Shown here: one piece after another, positions 47,570-57,845 of the stretch
How the letters are laid out: each line of letters begins with the position of its first letter
Position numbering within the stretch: the stretch's first letter is position 1
Source: an uncultured Chloracidobacterium sp.
Lineage (GTDB): Bacteria > Acidobacteriota > Blastocatellia > Pyrinomonadales > Pyrinomonadaceae
Assembly (NCBI GenBank): GCA_964583955.1
Contig: CAZOXY010000001.1
Coordinates: 167,553 to 231,552 of the forward strand
Direction: 5' to 3'
DNA: 64,000 nt
Notes under the pieces: model-generated
Database searches by the model: none
What the model saw: the letters and a program-made list of their open reading frames with translations, nothing else
What the model was told of the DNA's origin: nothing
Program-made: the position numbers and the translations under genes

Positions 47570-50083
47570 CTATTTGCCGCCTATCGGATCTCCGGGCGGT
47601 GGCGGTAAAGATTCGGGAGCCTTGCGCTGATCTGCCGGGCGTTCCAGAAACTGTTCGATGTCCTTAGCCAAAGCTGCATTGAATGAGGCGGCGTCACCGG
47701 TTTCCTTGCTTTGACGCAATGCGGCCATTAGCGATCCGAGCGATGAAAGAGCCGCAACTCTGACATGCTGCTGCACGTTGGTGTTCGCAGCCAGGTCCAT
47801 CAACTGAGCAGCGACCACACTCCTTATTATTAATTGAATGTTCGCGTGATAAGGCGACAAACCGGTCGTCGGTTTGGATGCTTGCGCGACAAGAGCGTCC
47901 GTTACCTCACGAAAATGCGGATAGGATGTGTCCCGCATATTAAAGGAGATCATCCTGGCGGCGCGCGACGGGTTGAGCAGGTTTTCAATGGTCATTGATG
48001 CGGCGATCTCAGCCATTCCGAGCGGATCAAGAAGAGGATCGCTGCGTTTGGCAAAAAGCTCGGAACGCTCTGACCTTGTTCCCGGCGCCGTCGGCGGAAT
48101 TAACCTGAGTATGCGTTCCGGCACGGCCAACTCTTTTGGGTCAAGTGTCATTAGCAGAACACTCAACGCTTCGCGCTGTTTTTCCGGGCTTACTATATCT
48201 GCTACCCGTGACGGGACCGGCCCCGAAGCCGACCTGACCGAGAATGTGTAATGAACGCCGCCGACAGACTTTGCCGCTGCCGTCACCTGATAACGATGAT
48301 GAAGATAGAGCGGGACAAATTTGTTCTCAAGCTCGGACAGCGGCGATCCGACGGGAATGTTTTGCAGGCCAAAATTTTCAATGCCGATCCTGCGAACCTC
48401 CATTTCGTGTCTAAGCCGCGCAATGGGATCAGGCCCATTGTCCCAAAGGTTCGCAAGCGGGTGTGCGCCGCCGGCAGGCCGGGCATCCTGATCGGTCAAA
48501 AAAAGCATCCCGTCCGCTATACCTTTATTTATTATCTTTTCAAGTTCGGCATCTTCGTTAGCGTTATTCGGAAATTGTTTGTAGGCGTACGTGACCGAAA
48601 ATTTATCAAACTCGCCAATGTTCACATCATAGGCATTTGAAAAATCCAGGCGGCCGTCCGTGATGCTGACATTGGGAGCCGGATAATCCATCACAGATGC
48701 ATCGCCGTATGTGCTGCCCGCAAAATTATGCGCGAACCCGATCGTATGCCCGACCTCGTGCGCTGAAAGCTGGCGTATGCGTGCGTATGACATCGAGGTT
48801 ATCTCTTCGGCGGAAAGGCCTGAGGAAAGATAGCCGATGTCCGGAGTTGAGCCGATATTGCAGAACTCTGCCATGTCACCATACTGCGGCAAGAGTCCGG
48901 TCCCGATCAGAAAATCCTGCCGCGCACGCTGAGAATCGAGCGTGACTATGCCTCTTAACACCTCGCCCGTTCTGGGATCGGAAACGCTGTTGCCTATCGA
49001 CCAGCCGCGGGTCGAACGATGTACCCAGTTGATAACGTTATAGCGAATGTCCATCGGGTCGGCGTCCGACGGAAGAACTTTTACCTGAAAGGCGTTCTTG
49101 AAACCCGCCGCCTCAAATGCCTGATCCCACCACGCGGCGCCTTCTATCAAAGCATTTTGAATATCCTTCGGCGCTCCGTTATCGACATAGAAAACTATCG
49201 GTTTTACCGCTTCGCTCACCGCCGCGTTCGGGTCTTTCTTTTCCAGGCGAAAGCGCCTGATCCAACGCTGTTCCAGATCCTCATTTATGCCGGTGCCGTA
49301 ATCGTAAAAGCTCATTGCAAAGACGCCCGCTCGCGGATCGTATTTCCGTGGGCGATAATTATCATCCGGCAGTTCGACAAATGACTGGCGCTGACGAACG
49401 GTTACGTGTCTGCCCGTCGGTGTCACCTGATTGACGGCGCCGCCAGAACCTGAATTTGAGGTGAGCGTTGTCGTTACTTCGACCTCGGTATTTTTCGGAA
49501 AGCCTTTGGTGTTTGGCATGTAAAGAGCGCTTCGTGATTCATCAAAAGAATATGTACCGCCTCTTCCTGCCGACAATCTTTCGCCAACGCCATGTGCATC
49601 TCTGATAAAGAAGTTTGTAGCGTCAACCAAAACCCTGTCTCCTTCAGATGCTTCTATTTTAAAGCCCCAGATAACCGACCTTGCGAATGATTCCTCTACC
49701 GAACGCTTTTGTTCTGCTTCGCCTGAAAGCGCCCGAAAACGATAGTTTGGCTGGACAAGCAATATCTTGTTTCCCGCGCGCTCAAAGAAAACGATCTTGG
49801 TCGAACCGGGCTGTCCGCGATCGAGGCCTATCGGATTGGACCCGACGCCGGTCGGCAGTGAGACAAGATGCAGGAACTCTTTGTTAAATAAAGAAACCTC
49901 AAGAAAGATCTTTCCGTCCTCGCTGTTGACATACAGCGGGATGAAGCCGTCGATCTTTCGGGCGTTTTCCGTGATAGAGGCAAACGTCCGTTTTTGAGGC
50001 GTCTGACCGATCGAAAGCGTGACGAACGAGACCAATAGACACAGGGCAGCAAAAAGCGTTTTCATAATTGAGATCCAAAGCAA
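47570..50083 (-). CDS. secreted zinc-dependent metalloprotease (DUF5117 / DUF4953 met-zincin family)
   Basis: HEVGHTIGFAHNF zincin motif. 837 aa. Signal peptide. Confidence 0.8.
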   Translation of the reverse strand: MLWISIMKTLFAALCLLVSFVTLSIGQTPQKRTFASITENARKIDGFIPLYVNSEDGKIFLEVSLFNKEFLHLVSLPTGVGSNPIGLDRGQPGSTKIVFFERAGNKILLVQPNYRFRALSGEAEQKRSVEESFARSVIWGFKIEASEGDRVLVDATNFFIRDAHGVGERLSAGRGGTYSFDESRSALYMPNTKGFPKNTEVEVTTTLTSNSGSGGAVNQVTPTGRHVTVRQRQSFVELPDDNYRPRKYDPRAGVFAMSFYDYGTGINEDLEQRWIRRFRLEKKDPNAAVSEAVKPIVFYVDNGAPKDIQNALIEGAAWWDQAFEAAGFKNAFQVKVLPSDADPMDIRYNVINWVHRSTRGWSIGNSVSDPRTGEVLRGIVTLDSQRARQDFLIGTGLLPQYGDMAEFCNIGSTPDIGYLSSGLSAEEITSMSYARIRQLSAHEVGHTIGFAHNFAGSTYGDASVMDYPAPNVSITDGRLDFSNAYDVNIGEFDKFSVTYAYKQFPNNANEDAELEKIINKGIADGMLFLTDQDARPAGGAHPLANLWDNGPDPIARLRHEMEVRRIGIENFGLQNIPVGSPLSELENKFVPLYLHHRYQVTAAAKSVGGVHYTFSVRSASGPVPSRVADIVSPEKQREALSVLLMTLDPKELAVPERILRLIPPTAPGTRSERSELFAKRSDPLLDPLGMAEIAASMTIENLLNPSRAARMISFNMRDTSYPHFREVTDALVAQASKPTTGLSPYHANIQLIIRSVVAAQLMDLAANTNVQQHVRVAALSSLGSLMAALRQSKETGDAASFNAALAKDIEQFLERPADQRKAPESLPPPPGDPIGGK

Positions 50084-50232
50084 AGGAAGTAAGTGAAAGT
50101 TTTAGCGAAAATATCACTTGTTGCGTGGCGGAATCAAGTTTGCGCCATTACGGCAATGCCAAAGACGGGGCTAACGCTCACATAGTTCCATTCGCTTGTT
50201 TTTGAAAAGTTCGATCAAGGCCATCACGCTCG

Positions 50233-51405
50233 TCATCGCTTTTCTGCATTTCTTAAAGTAACGATCAGCGCGTCGCCGACCTTTCGCTCACCGTTCGCAT
50301 CCGAAGGCTTGTTCACAACTTTGCCGTCCAGCACCATAGCGGTCGAGCCGCCGCCGTCAAGGTTCATCGCATCGACCGCTCCGATGCTCAAAAGATATTC
50401 GGCCAACTCCTGCAAGGTCATTCCAACGCTGACGCCGGGCTGGCGCCCGTCAATAGTTGCAAGCAAAAATTTGCCGTCGCTCATTTTAGCAGCAGCCGTG
50501 CGCGGATGGCGTGACTCGGCAAACGAGCTTCCGGCCTTTTCCTGCTGCCAGGACAATTCGATGCGGCCATTTTTCAATAATTGGCTAACACCCGCAACGG
50601 CATCTTCTATTCGGCCAATGTCGCCCAGTTCATAGCCGTCAGATCTTTTGCGGGCGGCCTCCATACGAAAGACATTTGCCTTTTGCCCCGGCTTTGCAGC
50701 TCTTTGCAATTCATTTTTTTGATCGCCGCAGGTTGTCGCGACAAAGCCGTCAGCCGGTATCCGCACGCTGCCTGCTTCGGACACGGTTCTCACACGGCCG
50801 CTCGAAACAGCGATCTCGACGCAGCCCGCTTTTGCCAATGTGGTCTTATGAAATTCCGGTGTGAAGACGATCACCTCATTTTCCCTGACCTCGCGGTTCA
50901 GCCCGTTGACCGTGAAGGTTTCCTTGCCGGTCTCAAGCTGAAACTCCGCTACGGGGCGAAAGAATGAGACACGCGTGACGCCAATATGATTTGCTATTGC
51001 CAAAGTAATACGGTCATTGCTTCCCTCGCTCAGAACCTTTCCGTCGATCATAAAAAAATTTGCAGGTTCGCCCGCAAAGATGCTGGCGTCAAGACGAAAA
51101 AAACCTGCATTGACCGCCGCGACCGCTCCGTGGCGTGATGCTATTGATGACGTGGTCTCTGTGCCGACAACGGTGTCCATCGCCATTTTTAGATCGAGCC
51201 TGACCTTGGTCAGGTCGATGCGGAGAAGGTTGATCCTGACCGGATCGTCTCCAATCATGTGATCGACAAGAGCATATTCGACGCCGTCATGAACCGTTCT
51301 GAAATCCTGAGCAATGACAGACGGCCCGGCGGCAAAAGCGAAGACGACTAAGGCCGCAGCCGACAAATAATGGCGCAAATTTCGCTTAAAAAAATGGATT
51401 GACAT
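50233..51405 (-). CDS. phosphodiester glycosidase (DUF2233 / NAGPA-like) family protein
   Basis: AVNAGFF and NLDGGGSTAM motifs. The internal ATG at 51405 (MSIHFFKRNL..., signal-like) was chosen because the longer ORF overlaps the upstream gene. Confidence 0.7.
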   Translation of the reverse strand: MSIHFFKRNLRHYLSAAALVVFAFAAGPSVIAQDFRTVHDGVEYALVDHMIGDDPVRINLLRIDLTKVRLDLKMAMDTVVGTETTSSIASRHGAVAAVNAGFFRLDASIFAGEPANFFMIDGKVLSEGSNDRITLAIANHIGVTRVSFFRPVAEFQLETGKETFTVNGLNREVRENEVIVFTPEFHKTTLAKAGCVEIAVSSGRVRTVSEAGSVRIPADGFVATTCGDQKNELQRAAKPGQKANVFRMEAARKRSDGYELGDIGRIEDAVAGVSQLLKNGRIELSWQQEKAGSSFAESRHPRTAAAKMSDGKFLLATIDGRQPGVSVGMTLQELAEYLLSIGAVDAMNLDGGGSTAMVLDGKVVNKPSDANGERKVGDALIVTLRNAEKR

Positions 51406-51466
51406 ACAAGAAAGGTAATTGCTCATAAGCGTAAGAAATATACGGGAAAGCACCTCAAACGAAACT

Positions 51467-52195
51467 TTATATGATCTGCCCGTCATTAAAAATATTTTCG
51501 ACCCGCGACGAACCGGAGACAAGGCCTTCGTCCTCACAGTTGAACGGATGCCATCCTGTTGCCCAATCATACGCCTCAGTTCCGCGAAACTGTTTCTTGT
51601 AATCGTAAAATGACCTGCCGTTATAAGAATAGCCCAGATAGTAAAGTTCGCGGCCTGTTTTCTTTGCAAATTCGAGTTCTTTCAGCAATGTGAAAATGCC
51701 CAGGCCGCGTCGCTGCTCGGTCGGTTCAAACATTGCGTAGATGCCGGAGTTCGCCTTATTGCCAACGCTGAAATAGCTGACAGCCAACAGCCTTTTATCG
51801 TCCCGGACATTCATCTCCATTATTTCACACGGAGCGGCATCGGCGTGTTCCGGCAGAAATTCCAGGATCGAGGGCGGAACGTTGTCACGAAAACGTGTTT
51901 TATGGCGATGAAAAAGCTCCACGGCTTCATCCGTCAGTTCAAGTGGTTTTATACTGCACAAAAGATCACGGTTTCGCAGTAAATTGCGCCGCTGCCCTCT
52001 GGTCAGAGAGTAATTATCCAGCCTGATGCGAAGTGGGACGACGCTGCGCAGTTCGCCTTCACATATTCCAATGCTGTAACGGAAAAAATCACAGCCAAAA
52101 TGCCGCCAGCCTTCGGCCCAGAGCTTATCCATGTCGGCCGGGTTTACACGCTCGGCAGAAAACTGTTCGTTTATGAACGGAGAGCCGTCAAACAT
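51467..52195 (-). CDS. arginyltransferase-family (ATE_C; bacterial Bpt-like aminoacyl-tRNA--protein transferase) protein
   Basis: LWAEGWRHFGCDFFRY, LTRGQRRNL, LLAVSYFSVG...YAMFEP...RGLGIFTLLKELEFA...YYLGYSY...YKKQF. Confidence 0.6.
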   Translation of the reverse strand: MFDGSPFINEQFSAERVNPADMDKLWAEGWRHFGCDFFRYSIGICEGELRSVVPLRIRLDNYSLTRGQRRNLLRNRDLLCSIKPLELTDEAVELFHRHKTRFRDNVPPSILEFLPEHADAAPCEIMEMNVRDDKRLLAVSYFSVGNKANSGIYAMFEPTEQRRGLGIFTLLKELEFAKKTGRELYYLGYSYNGRSFYDYKKQFRGTEAYDWATGWHPFNCEDEGLVSGSSRVENIFNDGQII

Positions 52196-52379
52196 ACGAC
52201 GTATTATAGGACTTTCACAGGTTGGCGCAGAATCGGCACGGTGAATAACTTATCGTTTTTGACCGCCGAATGCAGAAACCTGTCGCGTATCGCTTAAATA
52301 AAAAAGTCTGAATATTCAAATCTTCATTTTGGGTTTATCATCGGCCGGGATTATCATTCGTCCAGCGGACATTTTCATC

Positions 52380-53603
52380 ATGACCAAACGCAAAACAGGT
52401 TACAAGATGGTCGGCGTCAGCGACGTCCGGGATGTGAACCAGACCGTTTTCCTTCACCTTATCAGGGAACGTCAGCCCATTTCGCGTGCCGATATAGCGA
52501 AACTGACGGGATTGCGGCCCGGGACGGTTTCTTCCATAGTCAATCGTCTGATCAAAAACAATCTGGTGTTTGAGGGAACGGAAGGGCCTTCCAGCGGCGG
52601 ACGCCCGCCCAAAAATCTTTATATCAACGGAGAAAGTTTCTATGTCATGGCCGTTGACATTGGTGTTCTGGACACCGTTTTTGCCGTGAGCGATTTTAAC
52701 GGCAGGATCCTCAAGCAGCGTTCCATTCCAAGCGAGGGCGATCCGACACGGTTTTTGGCAAAACTTGCATCTGAGATATCAAAACTTAGAAATGACCATT
52801 TTCCCAGGTCAAGTTTCGCAGGTGTCGGCGTCAGCGTTCCGGGGCTGATAGACCGCGAGACCGGAACCATAGAAATATCTCCGAATCTGGAATGGCGGAA
52901 TGTGCCGCTAAGAAAAACGCTTGAGGAAGGGCTGGGTTTGCCGGTGTTCGTCGAAAATGACGCGAACGCGGCGGCTTTTTCCGAGCTTTGGTATGGGCCG
53001 CGTGAAGGGAACGGTTCGCGAACGCTTCTTTTTGTTCTGGTCGTAGAGGGGTTGGGAACGGGCCTGATAATCAACGGAGAGCTGCGCGTCGGGCCACGGT
53101 TCGGGCTTGGCGGATTTGGACACATGAGCATCGACCCGAACGGAGAGCTGTGTTCTTGCGGCCGCCGCGGCTGTTGGGAGACATTTGCCTCTGAACGCGC
53201 AACGGTCGAACGCTATCACCGCGTCACGGCGAAACAGGGCCTGCCGCTTGTCGGCCTTTCTGAGATGATCGCAAAGGCAAACGCGGGTGACGAGATGGCA
53301 ATGCAGTCAATAAAGATAACCGCCGAATACCTTGGCGAAGGCATTTGCAATCTTGCGCACGGGATCTATCCTGAGACGGTCGTCATCGGCGGTAATATCA
53401 TCGGAGCTTGGCCTATCCTCGAACCCATAATTCGCGAACGGGTCAAAAGCCGTTACATAGTTTCGCCTAAACAGATAACGATCCGTCCTGCCAGCGTTCA
53501 GCGGCCAAGCCTTTTCGGGGCCATTCCCGTTGCCTTGCAGAATTATTTTCGCTCACCAGGCGACAGACAGGCGTTTAGGCCTCAATGGACCGAGGGTGAG
53601 TAG
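52380..53603 (+). CDS. ROK-family transcriptional regulator
   Basis: N-terminal wHTH (ISRADIAKLTGLRPGTVSSIVNRL). ROK sugar-kinase-like core with zinc motif CSCGRRGCWE. Confidence 0.85.
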   Translation: MTKRKTGYKMVGVSDVRDVNQTVFLHLIRERQPISRADIAKLTGLRPGTVSSIVNRLIKNNLVFEGTEGPSSGGRPPKNLYINGESFYVMAVDIGVLDTVFAVSDFNGRILKQRSIPSEGDPTRFLAKLASEISKLRNDHFPRSSFAGVGVSVPGLIDRETGTIEISPNLEWRNVPLRKTLEEGLGLPVFVENDANAAAFSELWYGPREGNGSRTLLFVLVVEGLGTGLIINGELRVGPRFGLGGFGHMSIDPNGELCSCGRRGCWETFASERATVERYHRVTAKQGLPLVGLSEMIAKANAGDEMAMQSIKITAEYLGEGICNLAHGIYPETVVIGGNIIGAWPILEPIIRERVKSRYIVSPKQITIRPASVQRPSLFGAIPVALQNYFRSPGDRQAFRPQWTEGE

Positions 53604-53610
53604 AAATGTA

Positions 53611-53639
53611 TTGACACACTCTGAAGTTTGTGTTACAAA
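53611..53639 (+). promoter_or_regulatory. sigma70-like promoter candidate with an embedded inverted repeat
   Basis: TTGACA (53611-53616), 17-nt spacer, TACAAA (53634-53639). The spacer contains ACACA...TGTGT. Confidence 0.4.
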
Positions 53640-54023
53640 TCACTTTATCTTCGGTGCGAAGAAAGATCGGCAAACTCAAAATAAGGTGGTATTTATTGGC
53701 CTGAAAGAGGTTGATCAACCTCAAGAGCGACCAGTAAGTATCGCTTGAGCAGTCTCTGATACCGGCGGAAAAAGAACCTGAACTTTCGAATTCAGGGTTT
53801 TCCCGGAACACGCCGGACAGAACGCATTAGCAGCAATAAATAATTGGTCACACCAACTTTAGACCGGTGATGTGATCACGTGAAAAGGCTTTATTCGGTT
53901 AGATTTAAAGACTTAGTCATCGACCAAGAGAAAGTGCATCTCTTGTAGTTACGGATCGGCTAAACTTTCAGTAAGCACAAAAAATAAAGAGATCGCAAAA
54001 GTAGAAAAGGCAGAGGGAACAAT

Positions 54024-55910
54024 ATGAACCTTTCAACCATAGATCAGGTCATTGTGGTGATCTATCTGGCGGCGATAATGGGTATCGGCTTTGCGATGAA
54101 GCGGAAAGCCGCCAAGGGAATGTCATCATATTTTCTCGGCGGGCGTCAGCTTCCATGGTGGGCTTTGGCAATGTCGGGCTCATCCAGTTACTTTGACATC
54201 ACCGGGACGATGTGGATCGTGTCCACCTTTATCGCTCTCGGGCTGAAAGGCATGTGGGTTCACATGCTGTGGGGTTTTCCGATAACGGCATTTTACCTGG
54301 CCTACATGGGCAAATGGATCCGCCGGTCTGACGCAATGACCGGGGCCGAATGGATGAAAACACGTTTCGGTACCGGAAAGTCCGGTGATATTGCCAGGCT
54401 CTCATACACACTCTTTGCGATACTTACGATAACCGCCCTGCTCGGCTATGGAGCGATAGGCATGGGCAAATTCGGCGCGATCTTTCTCCATTTTGAGCCG
54501 TGGCATTTCAATATCGGCGGCTCGGTGCTTATATTCTCATCAGAGAATATTTGCGCTTTTCTGATACTCGGTGTTACCGGCGCGTATGTCATTTTGGGCG
54601 GTTTCCACGGCATCGTTCGTGTTGAGATCGTCCAGACCATCGTCTTGAGCATCGGGGCCATCCTCTTCTCGATCGTCGGGTTTGCTCATTACAACAGCGA
54701 GATCTTTGCGGCGAATATCCCCGCAGGCTGGGGCGACATCTGGCCGTCGTGGAGGCCCGACGCTTTTCAGGGCCTGGTTACGGGCGGCACTGATTATTCG
54801 CTGTTCGGCGCTCTCGTCGCGGTATGGGTGGCAAAAGGGCTTTTGCTGTGTCTAAGCGGGCCTGAACAGCTCTATGATTTTCAAAGATTTCTGGCAGCAA
54901 AGGACGAGCGCGATGCCGCAAAGCTCGGTGCGCTGTGGGGTGTGATACACACCGTGCGTTGGCCTTTCGCAATGGCTATCGCCGTGATGGCTGTTATGGG
55001 CATCGGCGACGCAGCTTTGGATGCACAACTCAGGGCCGATCCTGAAACCGCTCTTCCCGTCATAATCGGAGAGATGCTTCCCATGGGCCTGGTCGGTTTT
55101 ATGCTGGCGGCATTGCTGTCAGGCTTTCTTGCTACATTCAGCTCTACTGTCAACGGCGGCGCGGCATATTTGGTAAAGGACATCTATCAGCGTTACATCA
55201 ATCCGGCGGCCGACAACAAAAAGCTGGTCAGGGTAAGTTATTTTTCCTCGACCTTGCTGATTTTAACAGGACTGATCATCTCCATATTCGGAACGTCGAT
55301 CAACACGGCATTTTTGTGGATATTCGGAACGCTTGCAGCCGGTATTTTGCCGCCGAACGTTTTGCGTTGGTATTGGTGGCGATTGAACGGACAGGGTTAT
55401 GCCGCAGGTGTTTTTGGCGGAATGATATTGTCGCTCGGACAGGTCTTTTTCGATCAGTTCGTTTTTGCGGAACCGCTTCCTCTTTATATCGGATTTCCGG
55501 TGATAGCCATGGCGTCCACTCTGCTGACCATTGTGGTGGCGATGATGACCTCGCCCACGGACAGCCAAACACTGAAAACCTTTTACAGAAAAGTGCAGCC
55601 CGCCGGAATATGGGCGCCGATCAAAAAAGAAGTTTTGGACGACGATCCCGAATTCAAAAAACAACTGCCTTTTGCTGTCGAATTCTTTAACACTATCGTT
55701 GCGATGATCGGCATAACGGCCCTATATGTGTCAATGCTCTATCTGGTCTTGCATCGGCTGTCAATAGGATTTGGCCTGTTGAGCGTGACGCTGATCACGG
55801 TGATCATTCTGTACTTTACGTGGTATAAAACGCTGCCGCCTCCGTCGAACCATATTCCTGACGAAAGTGAGGGATCATCGGAGGACATGGCAGTTGCGGA
55901 CGCGGCATAA
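54024..55910 (+). CDS. sodium:solute symporter (SSF) family transporter
   Basis: 628 aa, about 14 TM. N-terminal YFLGGRQLPWWALAMS pattern typical of SSF. Confidence 0.85.
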   Translation: MNLSTIDQVIVVIYLAAIMGIGFAMKRKAAKGMSSYFLGGRQLPWWALAMSGSSSYFDITGTMWIVSTFIALGLKGMWVHMLWGFPITAFYLAYMGKWIRRSDAMTGAEWMKTRFGTGKSGDIARLSYTLFAILTITALLGYGAIGMGKFGAIFLHFEPWHFNIGGSVLIFSSENICAFLILGVTGAYVILGGFHGIVRVEIVQTIVLSIGAILFSIVGFAHYNSEIFAANIPAGWGDIWPSWRPDAFQGLVTGGTDYSLFGALVAVWVAKGLLLCLSGPEQLYDFQRFLAAKDERDAAKLGALWGVIHTVRWPFAMAIAVMAVMGIGDAALDAQLRADPETALPVIIGEMLPMGLVGFMLAALLSGFLATFSSTVNGGAAYLVKDIYQRYINPAADNKKLVRVSYFSSTLLILTGLIISIFGTSINTAFLWIFGTLAAGILPPNVLRWYWWRLNGQGYAAGVFGGMILSLGQVFFDQFVFAEPLPLYIGFPVIAMASTLLTIVVAMMTSPTDSQTLKTFYRKVQPAGIWAPIKKEVLDDDPEFKKQLPFAVEFFNTIVAMIGITALYVSMLYLVLHRLSIGFGLLSVTLITVIILYFTWYKTLPPPSNHIPDESEGSSEDMAVADAA

Positions 55911-55930
55911 GATCGACCAGAGACCTGTAT

Positions 55931-56719
55931 ATGAGATTTGACGGAAAAACAGTAGTTGTAACAGGCGGTGCCCTGGGCATAGGACAGGCCGTGTCCCGCC
56001 TTTTTGCCGAACGGGGAGCGGCGGTTTCCATTGTCGATTATGACGAGGCCGCCGGAAACGCCCTGTGCTCGGACCTAACACAGGCAGGAGGAACGGCGAT
56101 GTTCCACCATGTCGATGTCGCCAAATTTGATGAGGTAAAAACCGCCGTGGATGCCACGCATGCTTCATACGGTTCACTGGATGCGGTCGTTGTCAGCGCG
56201 GGCATCCAGCGTTACGGGACCGCCGTTACGACCGATGACGAGCAGTGGGACGAGGTTCTGGATGTCAATCTTCGCGGAGCGTGGAACGCCGCCAGAGCGG
56301 CAATACCATATATGCGTGAAAATGGCGGAAGCATTGTGAACGTTTCTTCCGTGCAGGCACTGGCAAGCCAGCAGAATGTTTTGGCATACACCATCAGCAA
56401 GCACGGCCTTATCGGGCTGACGCGGTCGATAGCAATGGATTTTGCTGCCGAAGGGATAAGGGCAAACGCGGTCTGTCCGGGAACGGTCGATACGCCGATG
56501 CTCAAATGGGCGGCATCCCTCGATCCGGATCCGCTGTCGGTCTATGACGCCTGCAACGCAATGCATCCGCTGGGACGCATAGCACAACCGAGAGAGATCG
56601 CCGAGGTTGTCGTATTTCTCGCGCACGAATCGGCGTCTTTCGTTACCGGAGCCGTCTGGACCGTTGATGGCGGATTGCTGACACAGATCGGCGGTGTGCC
56701 AAAAACAGAAAGTGAGTGA
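55931..56719 (+). CDS. short-chain dehydrogenase/reductase (SDR)
   Basis: TGGALGIG cofactor motif, NVSS, and YTISK (YxxxK). Confidence 0.9.
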   Translation: MRFDGKTVVVTGGALGIGQAVSRLFAERGAAVSIVDYDEAAGNALCSDLTQAGGTAMFHHVDVAKFDEVKTAVDATHASYGSLDAVVVSAGIQRYGTAVTTDDEQWDEVLDVNLRGAWNAARAAIPYMRENGGSIVNVSSVQALASQQNVLAYTISKHGLIGLTRSIAMDFAAEGIRANAVCPGTVDTPMLKWAASLDPDPLSVYDACNAMHPLGRIAQPREIAEVVVFLAHESASFVTGAVWTVDGGLLTQIGGVPKTESE

Positions 56720-56768
56720 AGTTGGCTTACCGCGTCTCTGCGGTCAAGAAAACTGAAGGAGTAATGAT

Positions 56769-57809
56769 ATGAGCAATACAGCAGCAGAAGAAGGACATCC
56801 GCCTACGACGCCTTACGACCCGCCGCCGGGATTGGACGCGGCGATACAGGCGGTTCCGTTGGTCGAAGCATCAAAAAAACCGACAAAGATCGGTTATTTG
56901 ACCAATTATGCCTTTCACATCTGGTACCAGATCATCATTGAGGTTATGCGGCGCAGGGCGGCGCAATACGGAGCCGAAATAGAGGTGGTCGATGCCGGCC
57001 TTTCAGTCGAAAACCAGATAGCACAGGCCCGCGAAATGGTGGAAAAGGCGGATGTCATAGTTCTGACACCTGCCAACACGACCGGTCTTGAGGAAATTCT
57101 GAGCATTGCTTCCGCAGCAGGAAAAAAAGTGGTTGTCGAAGCAAATCCGGTCGATGGAATGGCAACAATGGTCGCGATCTGTGACTACGATGCGGGATTT
57201 GACCTCGGCGTTTGGGTCGGAAGCAACATCAAAAATGAGGACGGTTCACCGCTTCGTATTTTGGACGTCGGGCTTCCGTGGCTTCGGCCGTGCCTGCTTC
57301 GCAGCGAAGGATTTGTTGAAGGCGTTCGCAGCATTCAGCCTGACGCGGTTGTTGTTGCTTCAATAAACGGTGAGGCTACGCCTTCCATTGCCCAAAAGAT
57401 AGCCGCAGAGACACTTCGTGAAAAAGGCGATGTCGATGTCATCTTTGCAATGGATGATGAGACGGCGCAGGGCGCGTACAAAGGCTATATCGAAGCGGGA
57501 TTTGACCCCGACACCGTGGCGGTCGCCGGATTTGGCCTGTCGGGTGTTCACGAAAAGGAATGGATGATGCGCCGTGAAGCGCTGAAGGTAAGCCAGGCAA
57601 TGTTCCCGGAATATGTCGGCCTCAGGTGCGTCGATGGCGCGGTAAAGCTCTTTGACGGCCAGGAAGTTTCGGCCCGTGATGTCACCCCGACCATCTCAAT
57701 GACCGCCGATCTGCTAGACAAATTTTATCCCAGGGTTGACGGGGTATGGACACCCGATCTGAACACGATCGCTTCGATACCGACCGCGAATGCGTGTAAA
57801 AAAGTTTAA
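56769..57809 (+). CDS. periplasmic-binding-protein-fold (sugar-binding, LacI/RbsB-like) domain protein without signal peptide or HTH
   Basis: KIGYLTN..., DVIVLTPAN, VVVEANP, and DVIFAMDDETAQGA, a hinge pattern typical of Peripla_BP type I. The N-terminus is Pro-rich, not hydrophobic. Confidence 0.6.
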   Translation: MSNTAAEEGHPPTTPYDPPPGLDAAIQAVPLVEASKKPTKIGYLTNYAFHIWYQIIIEVMRRRAAQYGAEIEVVDAGLSVENQIAQAREMVEKADVIVLTPANTTGLEEILSIASAAGKKVVVEANPVDGMATMVAICDYDAGFDLGVWVGSNIKNEDGSPLRILDVGLPWLRPCLLRSEGFVEGVRSIQPDAVVVASINGEATPSIAQKIAAETLREKGDVDVIFAMDDETAQGAYKGYIEAGFDPDTVAVAGFGLSGVHEKEWMMRREALKVSQAMFPEYVGLRCVDGAVKLFDGQEVSARDVTPTISMTADLLDKFYPRVDGVWTPDLNTIASIPTANACKKV

Positions 57810-57845
57810 GGGGAATCGTTAGAAATATTTTTCGGAGGAATTTCT

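Noticed and set aside
51406-51669. 478-aa version of the phosphodiester glycosidase ORF
   Set aside because: It would overlap the upstream ATE-like gene by about 200 nt. The internal ATG at 51405 gives a typical signal-anchor N-terminus.
53530-53811. Short ORFs (72 aa plus strand, 78 aa minus strand) in the ROK-symporter spacer
   Set aside because: They have no SD, mutually overlap on opposite strands, and span palindromic and hairpin elements. The region is treated as a non-coding leader.
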